A stretch of 64,000 bases of DNA from Octopus sinensis. Lineage: Eukaryota. Below are positions 62,530 to 64,000 of this stretch, piece after piece. A model generated the notes under the pieces. That model was not told the origin of the DNA, did not search any database, and was given only the letters and a program-made list of their open reading frames with translations. Position 1 is the stretch's first letter. Every line of letters starts with the position of its first letter. Location of the stretch: positions 23,188,001 through 23,252,000 of the forward strand of contig NC_043012.1 in assembly GCF_006345805.1 (NCBI RefSeq), in the 5' to 3' direction. Both the position numbers and the translations under genes were made by a program.

Positions 62530-63300
62530 GTAAAATTAAATACAGACATGGACAAGAACATGAAACACCACAGAGACGACACAAGAACCACAGGACGGGA
62601 CATTAGAAGCCCTCAGTCATCAGTCAAGAACCAGATCATCTTAGCAATTTCGGCTGATTAATCTTGAGATTGCTCCGATATGGCCAGCCCGCCAAGGGAA
62701 ATCTAAGCCAAGCGCATTAGATCCCCTGGAAGAAAGCTTCGAATGTATACAACGAAAGGACGGAAAACGATCGAAGTACACAAACAAAAATACAGAATAC
62801 GTGACACCAATAAGAATACAAAAAACGTAAAAACAATAACGGTAAAAATAAAAAATAAACAACAAAACAAAACCAGGACGTAGGACAAGGGTCTTTCGAC
62901 AGGACGATTTGAGTAGGGGCTGGCTTGTGAAGTTGTGCCTAAAGGCCACGGGGAGACGAACACATACGTGTTGCTTCTGAGGCTGCTGAAAACGAAAAGA
63001 GCGCTCAACAGCGGCTAGCTGTCACGTGAGAACAAAAGACAGGAGAAAGGGACAGATGAAAAGGGAGAGAAGGTGGACGAGGGAGGAGAAGAAAGAGACA
63101 GATCGAGGGGGCTGGAGGTGAGAGAGATAGAGAAACGTAGAAAGGGGGGGGGACGGATGGAGAGGAAAGAACGGAAGGAATAAGGGAGGAGGGAGAGAGA
63201 GAGAAAAAGAGACAGATTAAGAGTCGTATCAAAGCTTGAGAAAAAAAAATACTTATCGTATAAGGACAATTGTGGATATATATTATCCATAAATGAATAT
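62530..63300. mobile_element. Unclassified GC-richer insertion between (AT)n tracts
   Basis: Abrupt change in composition, CpG-rich, no recognisable ORF; contains out-of-register CTGATGA and GAAA words. Confidence 0.4.
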
Positions 63301-63691
63301 GTGTATATATACATATATATACACACATATATAGTTACACATATACATATAAACACACACATACACACAAAAGTGGATATTAGCAATTAAACACAGGAAA
63401 ATAAATTGTAGACTCTGAAATACAATAAAATTAAAAATTCTGAAATATGTAATTAAATGACTTAGTGTGTATCATTGAAAGACAAAGCTAGTAGTAGTAG
63501 TAGTGTTGATGTGTGTGTGTGTGTGTGTGTATACAAATAGAAATATCTTTACTTATACATATATCTGTATGTGCGTGTGTGTATGTATCTATATAAATAT
63601 AAATACACATACAAACGAACATGGAAAAATGTACGTTGATTGATGCTGATGTTAATGATGCTATCTATCTATCAATCATCATCATCATCAA

Positions 63692-63724
<33 letters not shown>

Positions 63725-63727
<3 letters not shown>

Positions 63728-63905
63728 CATCCATTTCTTCATTGCTAGCATGGGTTGGGCAGAGTTTATTTCAGGCAAATTTACTATGAGCAGAAAACCT
63801 TCCTGGCACCAATGTTCACCTGTTTCAAAGCGAGGTAACGTTTCCCCTTGGCCAGACAAGTTCTTGCAGCATATTGTATGACACTGACATTCTTTTACAA
63901 CTATC
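63725..63905 (-). mobile_element. SINE-E variant
   Basis: cattgctagcatgggttgg...gtttcaaagcgaggtaacgtttcccc. Confidence 0.65.
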
Positions 63906-63966
63906 AAAAGGACAGGCACACACACACACACACACAAACACACACATGTATAAATACATATATACA

Positions 63967-64000
<34 letters not shown>

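Noticed and set aside
62595-62665. Minus-strand GAAA...CTGATGA words
   Set aside because: Stem II is out of register by two bases and there is no convincing stem I or III.

Overview
AT-rich eukaryotic genomic DNA, almost entirely intronic or intergenic. It is packed with (AT)n, (AC)n, (TAA)n, (GAT)n and (TATG)n microsatellites and short retroposons. The SINE heads, tails and microsatellite load point to an octopod cephalopod (Octopus-like); this is inferred from recalled family features, not from a database search. Nearly all supplied ORFs are microsatellite read-through. Supported content: (1) three candidate minus-strand coding exons (30336-30375, 29857-29898, 6167-6268) that splice in frame into an unrecognised C-terminus; (2) five dispersed SINE-like families, given working labels SINE-A to SINE-E, plus unclassified elements F and G, with visible head/tail shuffling and inverted pairs; (3) decayed fragments of R4/Dong-like, HERO/NeSL-like and RTE non-LTR retrotransposons, DD34D and DD41D mariners, and a pogo; (4) TTAA- and TA-flanked MITEs; (5) a 25-bp minisatellite and a 3x218-bp tandem duplication. 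The most notable signal is a set of Penelope-type minimal hammerhead ribozyme motifs: one with a complete core at 34612-34667 (-), a decayed inverted partner beside it, a second family member at 18897-18974 (+) with the same ACATATGT stem III palindrome, and weaker variants in element G. There is no CRISPR array, rRNA, genuine tRNA gene or intact transposon. SINE boundaries are approximate (+/- 10-20 bp).
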